Origin: Albugo candida
Taxonomy: Eukaryota
Assembly (NCBI GenBank): GCA_040437565.1
Contig: JBDOQK010000010.1
Coordinates: 124,001-188,000 of the forward strand
Length of the DNA stretch: 64,000 nt
Direction of reading: 5' to 3'
The notes beneath the pieces were generated by a model. It searched no databases, was not told where the DNA came from, and saw only the letters and a program-made list of their open reading frames with translations. The position numbers and the translations under genes are program-made. This document shows, piece by piece, positions 49,501 through 62,166 of this stretch (position 1 is its first letter; every line of letters starts with the position of its first letter).

Positions 49501-52379
49501 CCACATACGACAATATGACTTCCAAATTTGCGCACTGCTAAAACTATTGACAGGTATAAGTATCTGTTAATCCTGGGTACGGTTCGTGGACGCAACACTG
49601 GGAAAGAAAACAGAGACACGATCTCTAAAGATTCGGAAAGTCAATGTTCTTTTGCTAACGTTGTGGAGGTGGAACACATACTTTCATCAATTCGAAGCAA
49701 ATCTGCGTCAACCACATGACTTTCTTGGTTTCTAAACTCTTCCAATATGACTGAACAATCTTGACTGGAGTTGACTGGGCTTATTGCCTCTTCAATTATT
49801 ATGCATGTATTTTTTGATTTTCGAAAGTCTTGGACGTTCCACAGAAGTGCTACTCATGTACAAAATAGGTTTATGACATAACCTAACTATTCGTCATGGA
49901 TTTGTAAGTCGAAAAAGCTTATGCCCAATCGAGCAATTACTGGTATGCTCGTACGCAATAGTGTCAAATAAAAGTAAATGTGATCCTGCGAGTGCCACAA
50001 GGAATGGAAATACAGACTATCGAAATGTAGAAAATCGTGAATTTTTTTATCAGCTAGAGATGACGTGGTATTGCGATTGCAGTACTCTGTGTGTTGAAGT
50101 AGAAACAAGCACGGCGTCTCCATGTCAAGTGTTCTTGAAGAAGAGTAGTAGTGTCAAATTTGAGGTAAGTAACTTGATGATCCATTTCGTATGATGAGCA
50201 ATTGACAAGTCATGTGGTGGTGCTGATGAATTTGTCAGTGAAAGTAAGCAGTCCACAGTCGAGAGAGAAAAAAATGTCATCCACTTGAGAATATTGAAGC
50301 GACCCACAACTTCCCTCAGAATTTGTATCTCTAGCATGTATCGCTAAGACGGGAGAATTGACCACATTTAAACAATAAGTTTGTTTGAAGCACTACTTGT
50401 ATGACTCCTATCAACCACAAGTTGGAGTCCTGATAAATTGACTCTCGATCTGACAAGAAGGAAACTTTATGCTACGACTTGGCGCGAAAAGCCTTCCGGG
50501 CTTTGCTCCACATATGATAGACGAGAGCTGAAATACAAGCACTTAAGCGCTAGCAAGAAAAGACAAGGAGCAGGACAATTAAGCGTGGTGGAGGTATCTT
50601 ATGTCATACTTGAAGCAGCTTAAAAGGGCGATCTGGGCAAAGGAAACCGTAATCAAGTGAAGAGAACTCAATTCGGGCACGTATGAAGCTGCTTGAGATG
50701 TGGTTATTGTGTATTAATCATGCATAAAGTGTAGCTTTCCTCTTCGTAGAAATGGTGAGAAAGGAGGCGAAAGCATATGCTAGCAGAGATGATACGAAAA
50801 GGGTGAAGGTGAGATATGTGGCCTGGATGAGCATCCAAGGGCAACAATCTGTAATATTATCAAGTACTGAACCAGATATAATACGAGTGCCAAATATACC
50901 TCAGAAATTATCTGAAGCACGAATACTGAGCATGGTAGTGAACATCATGGTCAAATGACGAATGCTATATGCATGAACACAAGGCTGCCGCCTTTTAATT
51001 TTTTGGCAAGTATCATCTGTAAACTCGAGTTCTCTTCGAACATGGTTTTGTCACCCGATAGATACGACGGCATCACAAGGTCGTCAGAATAAAAAATCTA
51101 ACGCTACATACGCGCCAAATTTTATATTTCTTTTTTTGTGTAGCCAGATCGCGAAATTAAAAGCCTGACGTGTATATGCTATGTTGAGAACCGACCAATC
51201 TTTTCATTGATATTTATGTGAAGATACAGCTTGCCGACTAGACCTATAGTATAAATCAAACCCGTCAGAGTACGATGCACTGCTTCTGATTAAAGTATGC
51301 ACGCAAAACATTTATTACAATTTCGACGAATATAGCCGAAAGTGTGAGATGATGGATGCGTGAGCAATAATATCATGGTAATGAAAAGTTTGCCGACTAA
51401 GCGAGCACCATTACTCAAACAGGTCAAAGTATGAGAATTGGTATGCGAATCAGACAAAACATTCGTAGCTGCTGTTCACGTATAGAAGAGCTAACTTAAG
51501 CCATTCATTTCTTTGATTTATTAAACTATTTTATCATTAATTGAATGGTCAGTAGAGATTTTCTAGTCTACAATAAGACTTTATAAGATAGTTGTCACAT
51601 CTGATTACCAAATTGCTCTTGCTCTTGCTAAAGCTGACTCTTATAATTCGATGCCGTGATCTAATTTTAACTGAGTAATTTCGTTCCTTTCTATACCAGG
51701 GACTGAACGAATGCATTGGCACCAGCCAAACTTAGCACATGAATCAATTTGGACCCTTGGCTAGGGTTACTCTAGCAGCCCAAGAAGATAGAGTAATGTA
51801 AAATTTTGCGCTTAATGTTTCCTTCCCATTTCAAAATCTGAATTCGATACAGAGTCCCATGGTAATCCGCTTCTGTTCTTGCATTGAGCTGCAGAGGCCT
51901 ATATGGATTCTTGAGTTCACTCTGTTTCCGTCCATGCGTCGTTATAAGTAGTCAAGCACAGCACAACTGTTCAATATCACGTAGTTTACTATTTGCGGCG
52001 CTGTATTGACAATCAAGATCATCATGAGACAATGGAGCAGCGAAACAAGTCTAAAAATTGCTACGTAAATTTTCTGTTTTCTGAAGCATGAAATGTACTC
52101 GAGCATTTCAACGTCCGGGAATTCTACATTTGAATCGCGGCTTGCTTTATCGACCACATACTACTCAGCTTTTCGTGAGCTATGTGAAGGGTAGAAGCTG
52201 CTTAGATGAGACAATTTTCAAAGAAATACTGACTTTTGTTGTCAGCTATAGACTTCTTCTCTTGTCTGTATTCACTTCTTCTTGGAGCGTTTGCCGCCAA
52301 TACACCCCATGGTGATACTATATGAGTGAATTTTGAAGTACTTGGTGTTGTCATATTTAGTGTGTCTCTGTAAATAACT

Positions 52380-52620
52380 TGCTGCATGCTTGCTTTCAAA
52401 TTCAGGTTCATTCTCTCTTATACCTCGAGATGCTTGAAAGCAAAGGCGATTGATGTACCCATTCTGTTATCTTGCGGTCTTCAACTTGTACTTCCGAATA
52501 AGCCTTGTACGAATGCCGGTGCTCAGATTTGGAACTGGAAAGGTAATCAACCAACTGCGATCAACTTTCCAAAATTGAATCGAAACTAATGGCGTGCCAC
52601 ACTAACATATCGCCCCTACT
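52380..52620 (-). pseudogene. Decayed copy of exon 1 and the upstream region of the coiled-coil gene (35726-37372)
   Basis: Shares blocks 'acctcgagatgcttg', 'gtacgaat..cagatttggaa' and 'taatggcgtgccacac' with 37270-37480. Confidence 0.65.
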
Positions 52621-53031
52621 ATCTGATATCACAGACTAGTATAATGCTCACGATAAATAATCAACTTGGCAATTAAGCTACCTTCAATCTCACTTTCATG
52701 TATCAAGACATTGCATTCTCAAGATGACGCCTTTGCATGGATGCAGTGCAACAACAAAAGACAGCTATGTTCTCTTTTCTGAAAGATTTGGAAAGTGTTT
52801 GCATTGCATTTATTGTACCCATGGATGTAACCTACAAATTGCTAGTGCAAACGCTCCATTAAAGCGCCTTCTACGCTCGCCATCGAGAAGATAGATTATA
52901 TCCAACTTGGGCTATTCATAAGTAGGCTTAATAATTACTACCTCGTGTGTAGCGATATTATCAAATATATTCCGAAACGTGGTAAATCACAAAGCACTCT
53001 ACTCTTCGTTGGCGTAAAACATGTCAATGTT

Positions 53032-54856
53032 TTAGTTTTTGAGTTTTAACTCATGTACTTTTCGCTTTTTGGAAAAAAAATCCTTAGCATATCCTCCATA
53101 AATCCATTGGATGCTGCTGTAGGGAATTGGTCGTAGTGAGAAAACGTTTAGTTCCATCACCTGCCCTGTCGATATTTGTCCACAAATGTCGCATGCAATT
53201 GCAGAGTTGAGAACTTCTATCATCCAAGCGTAAGATCGTTTCACCGAAAAAAGCAATACTTCTCCGTAGAGTGCGAGACACAAAACACAGCCCAGGCTAT
53301 TTACACTCCAGTGCACAACAAGCACGTTGGTTGTAGGGGGACCAAGAACTGAACCCAAAGAGAGCTGATTTCCCTCCATTCTCAATCGAACCTCGGGTGC
53401 ATGTTCCGATGCTTGGCCAACTTGAGTAAGCTCGTCGATGACTATCTCATGCGCGGACGAAGAACCAAAACTGGGTGAAGTAACTTTGTTCGGAAAGGTA
53501 AGAAGGGAGTGACTGCTGGGCTCTGTCAGTGTGTCCTTCAACAGTGCGGTTTCATTTAGCTGAGCAGTACTGGTAAGGGAGCTCATTTCATACGAGCACA
53601 TAGCGTCTGGCACCGAGAAAAGCTTGCAGGGGTTGTAACGGCGAACGCAATTCCCGGGTATTTCTATTCTCGAAAAGTGAAGATGCTCGGATCGACGTAC
53701 TGATATCAATAAAGTCGTTTTGGAGAGTTCGTGTACGGTTGACTCTCTGATCTTCTGAAGACATTCCGAACACGGCGATTTTTCGCCTGAGTGATGCGCC
53801 CAAACACACCCACTACTCAATTCACGATCTGATGAAGCTTCTATGCTGTTTATCACGGCAGGTAGAGGAGGCGGTACTAATATTTGGTGTCCATCTGGAA
53901 ATTTTCGAAAGTGATTATCCACATTTAAGCGGCAATCAGAGCTCGTCAAGGACCGCAGAATGATGTCACCACACTGCTCTGTGCAAATATGTACTTTTTT
54001 TCTCGTTTGGTCTACCTCAGCAAATACAAATACTATGTGCTTCGAGTTTATACGAGTGGAGAAAGTAGCTGTACCATAGTGTTTAGCAATACAGCCACGA
54101 CAAAAACGTTGTTTGTTCTTGGGAGCTCCTTCCCATTTCACCTTTTGTGTCTGCAGACATTGAAGTGCGTTATGCGAGGGAAAATTGCTTTTTTTTAACA
54201 GCTTCATGATGTAGCTTTGATGATGATGATTGTTGTGTATCTTCAAAGGGAAGGGCTCGTAGAAGATCCAAAAAATTGCCACAGTGTTTTGGAGTGCACA
54301 GATCTGTACAAACATACTCACAAAGCTTTCGTTCAATAGGTTTCTTTGCATCATGAACAAAGTAGATATTGTGATCCCCTCCGATCTTTGAAGTCAGTCG
54401 AAATTTGCCGACGGATCTTGCAGCAGCGTTTTGTTGGAGGCAGGCCATGCACAAGACCGTTGCAGACGAGCTAAAGTCGAGTATGACCGACGACGATTCG
54501 TCCAAACAGATAATGGGTTCCTCTGATACCGTCGTTGGCCCATTTTCAGATGCGGACATTTCAAGCTCGTGTACAATGCACTTCTTATTACTAATGCAAT
54601 CGAGTTCGAGATTTGCGAATACGAAGTCGGACCCGCTAATCGTATATGTAGCGAAACTCTTGTCGTTAACTTTCCAGTATAATTCCAGTTTCATTCGAGT
54701 TGCGCCCAATGTGTCGAGGACGCATGTTTGGCATGATGCCATTCCGTATCGTCCTTCGCTTACTTGTACTTTTAGTGTACCTGTTTGCAGACCGCTTGAT
54801 ACATGATAAATTTGATACGTTATTGCCATCAGCCTCAATACCAAACGGTGAATCAT
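53032..54856 (-). pseudogene. CCG secreted effector family gene, copy 2; a single +1 frameshift in an A8 run (possibly a sequencing error)
   Basis: 'CQTCVLDTLG' after a signal-like N-terminus; highly similar to 60181-62004 along its whole length. T8 at 54189-54196 (A8 on the coding strand) stands where the paralog has AAAGAAA. Confidence 0.82.
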
Positions 54857-57800
54857 CGTACAAGAGAATATTCGACGAAAGCAGCTATCTGTGATCGTGA
54901 AGCGAGATGGTCAGATTATGTACGCTTAAGACACCGTAGCTATTAGTTACTGGACACCAAACGTTCAGACGATTTACGTAAAATAAGGATATAAAATCTA
55001 GTGTGTTAACAGTAAATCAGCGAACTTGGCTACATCTAGAATATGGAATTTGTTTAGAGTGAACATTTGGCCTCTATCCACCTTTACGGTGCACAAGCTC
55101 GGTGTGATTTTAACAGAAAGCGAAAAAGCAGTTTATTCCAGACACTTGACGCCATAATGTGGAGCTTCACGCAATTTTAGGCTAGAAAGGTTAGTATCCT
55201 TGATAAAAGTAGCGCAAACAGACAGTCTGAACAATTTGCTTTTTTCTCTCTTTGGTATTGTTTGACGTGTCGTATAGTCATGCATCTAGATCGAAATAAT
55301 GCTCAGAGCTGTCAGCGGCTATCACAGGCTGAAATTCTTCTCNNNNNNNNNNNNNNNNNNNNNNNNNNNNNNNNNNNNNNNNNNNNNNNNNNNNNNNNNN
55401 NNNNNNNNNNNNNNNNNNNNNNNNNNNNNNNNNNNNNNNNNNCACTTGACGCCATAATGTGGAGCTTCACGCAATTTTAGGCTAGAAAGGTTAGTATCCT
55501 TGATAAAAGTAGCGCAAACAGACAGTCTGAACAATTTGCTTTTTTCTCTCTTTGGTATTGTTTGACGTGTCGTATAGTCATGCATCTAGATCGAAATAAT
55601 GCTCAGAGCTGTCAGCGGCTATCACAGGCTGAAATTCTTCTCCTCGAATTTATTGCCGAGTGGGTTGCAAAACTAACCCTGCTGCTGTACTAATTCTAGG
55701 CCAACGATGGCGCACGAGCGCACATGTCTCACCTTCCGCGATAAAATCTTGCACTGGATGAAATAGTTACAAAATGTTTTAGCGTAGACGCAACAAGTAA
55801 GTCCGATTTCAGTTACCTTTCCATACACCAACTTTACACTTAAAGATACAATTTAGCAATTACACAATTCCGGGAAAACCTCAAGTTCTACTCACGAGTT
55901 CGCAAATTTAGCTGACAACTGCTTGTAGCTATGATATTATCCTTTTATCGTACCCTTTCCATTATTTTTATTAACAAGCTCTAGCATCCTGCGAATTCGA
56001 AACTAATATAATGCAATAACCTTGGCTTCTAGCAAGCGCACATAAACATGAATATTTGCATAAGAAAGGGAGCCGTTAGTATTCTCTCACTTAGAGCAAC
56101 AACTACCAATCACTTCACTCAAAAGGAAAAAAGTTCAGCTTCTCAGCTTTCTAGATCAATCAGCCAATTGAATTATACATTCATCTCAAACAATGAACGC
56201 ATTAACTGCACCGGCTGAGATTGCTTATCCCTCCTTGGAGGAAGCTAAGAATGGTCTTTTGCACATGCATTAGGTGAATGGTATGCATTAGTAGTTTTAC
56301 AGAGGCGGGGAGACCTCGCTTGTGTAGAAGGGAGACAACCAGGCATGCAATGTCACGAAGTATAAGAATGGCCGTCAGGGGGTTTTCATGAACTCATTTC
56401 TCTCGGTTTTTCAGATGATATCCAAATCATTCAGAGAAGTAGGTGAGCCTTAATGAATCAATAGAGATTATTTCTAGCGAAACATACGCGTCATCGATAT
56501 TGGATGCACTCAAATGGACCCAAGTTTCTGAGCGCATCCTGAATATGTACACGTGTTAGAAACTCTTAATATGCATCAGATTTATCATCCAATTCCACGC
56601 TGGCATTTTCATAGTAAAACTGTACAGAGTTGATTCTGGACATAACTACTTACCCGGACAAAATCCCAAGCAAAGCGAGAAACGACCTACCATTTTTTCG
56701 ATTTTTATTTCCTCTTGTGACAGTGTTTTTATTGAAGCGTAATGATTTGATACAAGAAGTATAGATGGAATTTGGAATGCCTTCGCAGTGCTGTGTAGGT
56801 CCTTATGACGTGCCTCCTAATACCCTATCAATTGTGTCGTTTACTTTCCAAACATAGGTATTTGCTAGCGAGGAATTTTGCTCAATTACTCTTTTTCTTT
56901 GAATACATGAAGGTTATGAATGATAAGTGTCCTCTCATTATTCTTTCTTAGCTCCAAAATGTCTCGTAACAATTAATTCTTGGATAAGACGAACAGATAT
57001 GAATCATGCGTGCTCGTCAACATAGCTTGTACAAATGAGTATGATGCGATATTTTATGACTACTGTTTTTGTATGACACCAATCGAGAAAAAAGAGAATC
57101 ACATACGATATTGTTCCTCGTAAGGTTGTTCAATGTGCAAAAATATTGGTGAGTAGTGCAAAATAGATGAAGCGATGGTGCTACATGGAAAAGGTCACTG
57201 CGTATAGCACAAGAACTATTGCGGAATTAAACAGCGATAATGGTTATCAAGATAACTTGCACAGTGTCAAGAAGAGTAGACACGCGAAGAAGAGGCAAGA
57301 ATGTGAAAACGATTTATTACCCTAATTAGTCATCAGAAAGACCGTGCTGTGTTTGTTCCATCAAGAAACGGCCCGGTAGATGATGGCTAATAGGTAAAGG
57401 ACGCGATGCTACAGATTAAGCCTGATGCGTTTGAATATGCGGGATCACCTAGGCAGGACAATGTAGTCCATGAAACTATGACGACGTAGTACTTCATTTT
57501 GTACTAGAGACACATACGAAGAGCTATTGTACATCCTCGAAATATGATTGTAATACTGATATGTTGATGCAATCAGTCAAAAGCTGGACCATCCATAAAA
57601 CAGAACCGAGTGATAAGCACAATACAGTGATCGATGCCATATCAGAAGCCATGGAGACATGATGATTCATGTTCGTAATCCCCTCGGCACGGTAGTCTAG
57701 CGTACATGCTGGACGATATGCTGATCGAATGGGTAAAGAAAAGAAAAGATGTCATTTAGGAAAAAATTTCGGAACGATGCGCAATAATTTATTTTATGCA

Positions 57801-58569
57801 TGATTAATTCAGTAGGTGTCAAGCGCTATGCGTTGCGTATCACTGAGGATCCTTCATTTCATCTCGACAGTGAGTAAGCCCTTCATAGATAAAAGAAATT
57901 AGTCAAGAAGACTTGACAGTATTTTTTTTGCACGATGTTTCATTTCAGTCTTGGCTTTATTTCGGCAACGTGAAAGGCAAAATAACGTATTTTAGCGTAA
58001 ACGGCAAGTGGATAGCATGCAGAAATTTCAGCTCGAGAACGGTATAGTGTTACATGCTGGAAATCCATGAAACGGCCGATCCGGGAGAGGAAATACTCAT
58101 CAACTCATTATGAATTTGTTACAAGTGTATCAAGCTGCTTATGTTACGGTTTATGTCTCTAGTGCATGTTTGCTGTAACATTAGCGTCAAAGACAGCTCG
58201 AACTAATTCTTCACCTTCAAATTGGGTTCATATGTCACGCTCATCTCTCTAGTGACGTAAGCATGAACGATAAAAATGTCGGGTTAGTTCCTAGATAGTC
58301 TTACTTGGATCAAAGCCAAGCATTTTTAGGTTCGGCTGATGTTTGTCCAAGTATATGGCCGAGATCGTTACAACATCAGAGTACCTGCGTAATTATGTAA
58401 CATTCCCGACACTGTGGCAGGTACCTAGCTCTCAAAATAATGATGAATGGTTTACAGGCGCAGTTTGCGTCATGACATACAGAGACAGAACACGGAGGTA
58501 GAATCCTAAAGCCTTACCGACAGATTCGAATGCACTCAAGGGCTGCAACGTTTCAATTTTCGTAACAGC

Positions 58570-59660
58570 CATCATCTTTGATACTCGTGGCCTCCTCACA
58601 CAGGCTTTTTCTTACACCACTGCATCCCAACATCTCAGACATACACAGTCTAAACTTTAGCGCCATACTGTTCTTCCAGCTACCCCCACTGTGGTTACAG
58701 CTCCATGATAATCGACTACTATCGGTGTTAGTTGTCCTGCATTTGGTTGTTGACTATAAACTGATTTCCATTGTCTTCACTCGCTTCTATTTGGAGCTTT
58801 TACCGCGAATACACCACACCGATTGGTGATACTATCTGCGTGTGTTCGTATTGCTAAAACAGGACTCAGAGCATCTCAATCCTCGATGATTTCTAACATG
58901 TAGAGATGGTTGTTCTGAATTCGACCAGAAGTCTCTTTTCTTCCTTCGTCCATACCGTCCCTTGTGAGATTTCCATTTTCTTACTTCGTGATCGTGTCTT
59001 CTAGCCGTTACCGACGTGTGAGAGTTCGAGCATTTGGTTCTTTCAGTGCGTTACTTAGCTACTGCTTGATGGTCTGAAGCTAGTATTTCATTCTTTTACT
59101 ATTAACAAAACGATGCCATCGAAAGCTCGCAAGCTCTTTCTTCTTTCGATCGAGTTTCTTCTTGAATTTCCTCCTAACTTGCAGATATTGTGATTTTCCT
59201 ATAACAAGAGACAATTCTGAAGATAAGGATATTCTGTTTGTCTACAAACGCATGCACGGTCGGTCTTGTAGAGCTTCCTGCAATACCTTTATCGTCTGAT
59301 CATATTATCTCGAGCAATCTCACAGTATATCTCTTTTTCTTTGTACACATATCAGATTATTTCCTCACTTCCGGACTATCTAGCCCCATGTGCTTGCTGT
59401 GCGCTCAAATTTAATCCATTTGCCATATTCAGTATGTGTCTGTACATAACATGTTGCATGCTCACTTTCGAATGCAGGTTTATTCCCTCTTTTTTCGTAC
59501 CGCGAGATGCTTGCAGGATACGCGAATGATGCTCTCATTCTGTTCTCATTTGATGTTTGAACTGTACTTCCGAATAAGCCTAGTACGAATGTGGTGCTCA
59601 GATTGGAATTGAAAATGAATGTTACGAACGCGAAACTAATGGCGTGCCACACTAACATGT
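58570..59660 (-). pseudogene. Decayed, internally deleted copy of the coiled-coil gene (35726-37372)
   Basis: 58930-59005 matches 36255-36335 ('tccataccgt..ttccattt..ttcgtgatcg..ttctag'); 59460-59660 matches 37270-37480. No long ORF remains. Confidence 0.65.
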
Positions 59661-60180
59661 CGCCGTGTACTATCTGATAATACACAGCTAGTATCATGCT
59701 CACGCTGAANNNNNNNNNNNNNNNNNNNNNNNNNNNNNNNNNNNNNNNNNNNNNNNNNNNNNNNNNNNNNNNNNNNNNNNNNNNNNNNNNNNNNNNNNNN
59801 NNNNNNNNNACACAGCTAGTATCATGCTCACGCTGAATACTCATAGGGCTACCTCTACTTTCGCTTTCACGCATCAAGACATTACATTTTCAAGATTAAG
59901 CCTATGCATGGATACAGTGCAATAACAAAAGAGAACTATGTTTTCCTGTTATGCGATGTACCTATTGTACCCATGGATACATCCTACAAATTCCTAGTGC
60001 AATCATTCCATTAGAGCGCCTTCCGCGCTCGTCATTGAGAGGTTATATTCACCTGAAGGTATGTATTTTAGCAGGATTAAAAATGACTGCCTCGTGTGTA
60101 GCGATATTATCAAATGTATTTCGAAACGTGGTAAATCCCAAAGCACTCTACTCTTCGTTGGCGTAAACAATGTCAGTGTT

Positions 60181-62004
60181 TTAGTTTTTCGTCTTTGACT
60201 CATCTACTTTTCGCTTTTTGGGAAAGAGTTCCGTAGCATATCCTCCATAAATCCATTTGATGCTGCTATGGGGAATTGGTCGTAGTGAGAAAACGTTTAG
60301 TTCCATCCCCTGCCCTGTAGATAATTGTCCACAAATGTCGCATGCAATTGCAGAGTTGAGACCTTCTATCATCCAAGCGTAAGATCGTTTCACCGAAAAA
60401 AGCAATACTTCTCCGTAGAGTGCGAGACACAAAACACAGCTCAGGCTATTTACACTCCAGTGCACAATAAGCACGTTGGTTGTAGGAGGACCAAGATCTG
60501 AACCCAAAGGGAGCTGATTTCCCTCCGTTTCCGACTCAACCTCGGGTGGATGTTCCGATGCTTGGCCAACTTGAGTAAGCTCGTCGATGACTATCTCATG
60601 CGCGGACGAAGAACCAAAACTGTGTGAAGTAAAGATGGTCGGAACGGTAGGAAGGGAGTGACTACTGGGCTCTGTCAGTGTGTCCTTCAACAGTGCGGTT
60701 TCATTTAGCTGAGCAATACTGGTAAGGAAGCTCATTTCATACGAGCACATAGCGTCTGGCACCGAGAAAAGCTTGCAGGGCTTGTAATGGCGAACGCAAT
60801 TCCCGAGTAGTTCTTTTCTCGAAAAGTGAAGATGCTCGGATCGACGTACTGATATCAATAAAGTCGTTTTGGAGAGTTCGTGTACGGTTGACTCTCTGAT
60901 CTTCTGAAGGCATTCCGAACACGGCGATATTTCGCCTGAGTGATGCGCCCAAACACACCCACTACTCAGTTCACGATCTGATGAAGCTTCTAGGCTGTTT
61001 ATTACGTCATCTGGAGGAGGCGGTGCCAATATTTGCTGTCCATCAGGAAATTTTCGAAAGTGCTTATCCACATTTAGGCGACAATCAGAGCTCATGAAGG
61101 GTTGCACAATGATCTTACCACACTGATTTGTGCAAATTTTTACATTGTTTCTTGTTTTGTCTACCTTAGCAAGTATATATACCATGTGGTTCGAGTTTAT
61201 ACGAGTGGAGAAAGTAGCTGTACCATAGTGTACAGCAATACAGCCACGACAAAAGCATTGTTCTATCCCGAAACATCTGTCGGATCGCACCTTTTGTGTC
61301 CACAGGCATTGAAGTGCGTTATGCGAGGGAAAATCGCTTTCTTTAGCAGCTTCATGATGTATTTTTGATGGTGATGATCGTTGTTTATCCTCAAAGGGAA
61401 GGGCTCGTAGAAGATCCAAAAAATTGCCACAGTGTTTTGGAGTGTACAGAGTTGTACAAACATCGTTACAAAGCTTTCTTTCAATATTTTTCTTTGCATC
61501 ATGAACAACGTAGATATTGTGATCCCCTCCGATCTTTGAAGTCAGTCGAAATTTGCCGACGGATCTTGCAACAGCGTTTTGTTGGAGGCAGGCCATGCAC
61601 AAGACCTTTGCAGACGATGTATATCCTAATATGAACCACAACGCGTTGTTAGGTGACATAATGGGTTCCTCTGATGCCGTTGTTTGCCAATTTTTTAATG
61701 GGAACATTTCAAGCTCCTGTACAATGCACTTTTTATAACTAGTGCACTCGAGGTTGAGATTTGCGAAAACGAAGTCGGGCCCGCTAATTTCATATGTAGC
61801 GAAAAGTACGCCATAAACCTTCCAATATGATTCCAGTTTCATTCGTTTAGCGCCCAATGTGTCTAGGACGCATGTTTGGCATGATGCCATTCCATGTCGT
61901 GCGTCGCTTACTTGTACTTTCAGTATGCCTGATTGCAGACCGGTTGATACATGATAGATATGATACATTATTGTCATCAGCCTCAGTACCAAAGGATCGC
62001 TCAT
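60181..62004 (-). CDS. Intact CCG (CxxCxxxxxG) secreted effector-like protein, copy 3, 607 aa, intronless
   Basis: Hydrophobic N-terminus, C42-Q-T-C45-VLDTL-G51 motif shortly after the predicted signal peptide, repeated CxxC modules, C-terminal PKKRKV. Confidence 0.88.
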   Translation of the reverse strand: MSDPLVLRLMTIMYHIYHVSTGLQSGILKVQVSDARHGMASCQTCVLDTLGAKRMKLESYWKVYGVLFATYEISGPDFVFANLNLECTSYKKCIVQELEMFPLKNWQTTASEEPIMSPNNALWFILGYTSSAKVLCMACLQQNAVARSVGKFRLTSKIGGDHNIYVVHDAKKNIERKLCNDVCTTLYTPKHCGNFLDLLRALPFEDKQRSSPSKIHHEAAKESDFPSHNALQCLWTQKVRSDRCFGIEQCFCRGCIAVHYGTATFSTRINSNHMVYILAKVDKTRNNVKICTNQCGKIIVQPFMSSDCRLNVDKHFRKFPDGQQILAPPPPDDVINSLEASSDRELSSGCVWAHHSGEISPCSECLQKIRESTVHELSKTTLLISVRRSEHLHFSRKELLGNCVRHYKPCKLFSVPDAMCSYEMSFLTSIAQLNETALLKDTLTEPSSHSLPTVPTIFTSHSFGSSSAHEIVIDELTQVGQASEHPPEVESETEGNQLPLGSDLGPPTTNVLIVHWSVNSLSCVLCLALYGEVLLFSVKRSYAWMIEGLNSAIACDICGQLSTGQGMELNVFSLRPIPHSSIKWIYGGYATELFPKKRKVDESKTKN

Positions 62005-62055
62005 CGTACAAGAGAATATTCGGCGAAGTTAGCTATCTATGATCGTGAAGTGGGA

Positions 62056-62166
62056 TGGTCAGACTATGTACGCTTATGATTACGTAGCGAGCTGGTCAGG
62101 CTATGTACGCTTATGACTACGCAACGAGCTGGTCAGACTATGTACGCTTACGACTACGAAGCGAGA
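62056..62166. repeat. 3 x 37-bp tandem repeat just upstream of the intact CCG gene
   Basis: tggtcagactatgtacgcttatgattacgtagcgagc / tggtcaggctatgtacgcttatgactacgcaacgagc / tggtcagactatgtacgcttacgactacgaagcgaga. Confidence 0.9.

Noticed and set aside
62056-62166. CRISPR-like spacing of 37-bp repeats
   Set aside because: Head-to-tail repeats with no unique spacers, eukaryotic context and no cas genes.
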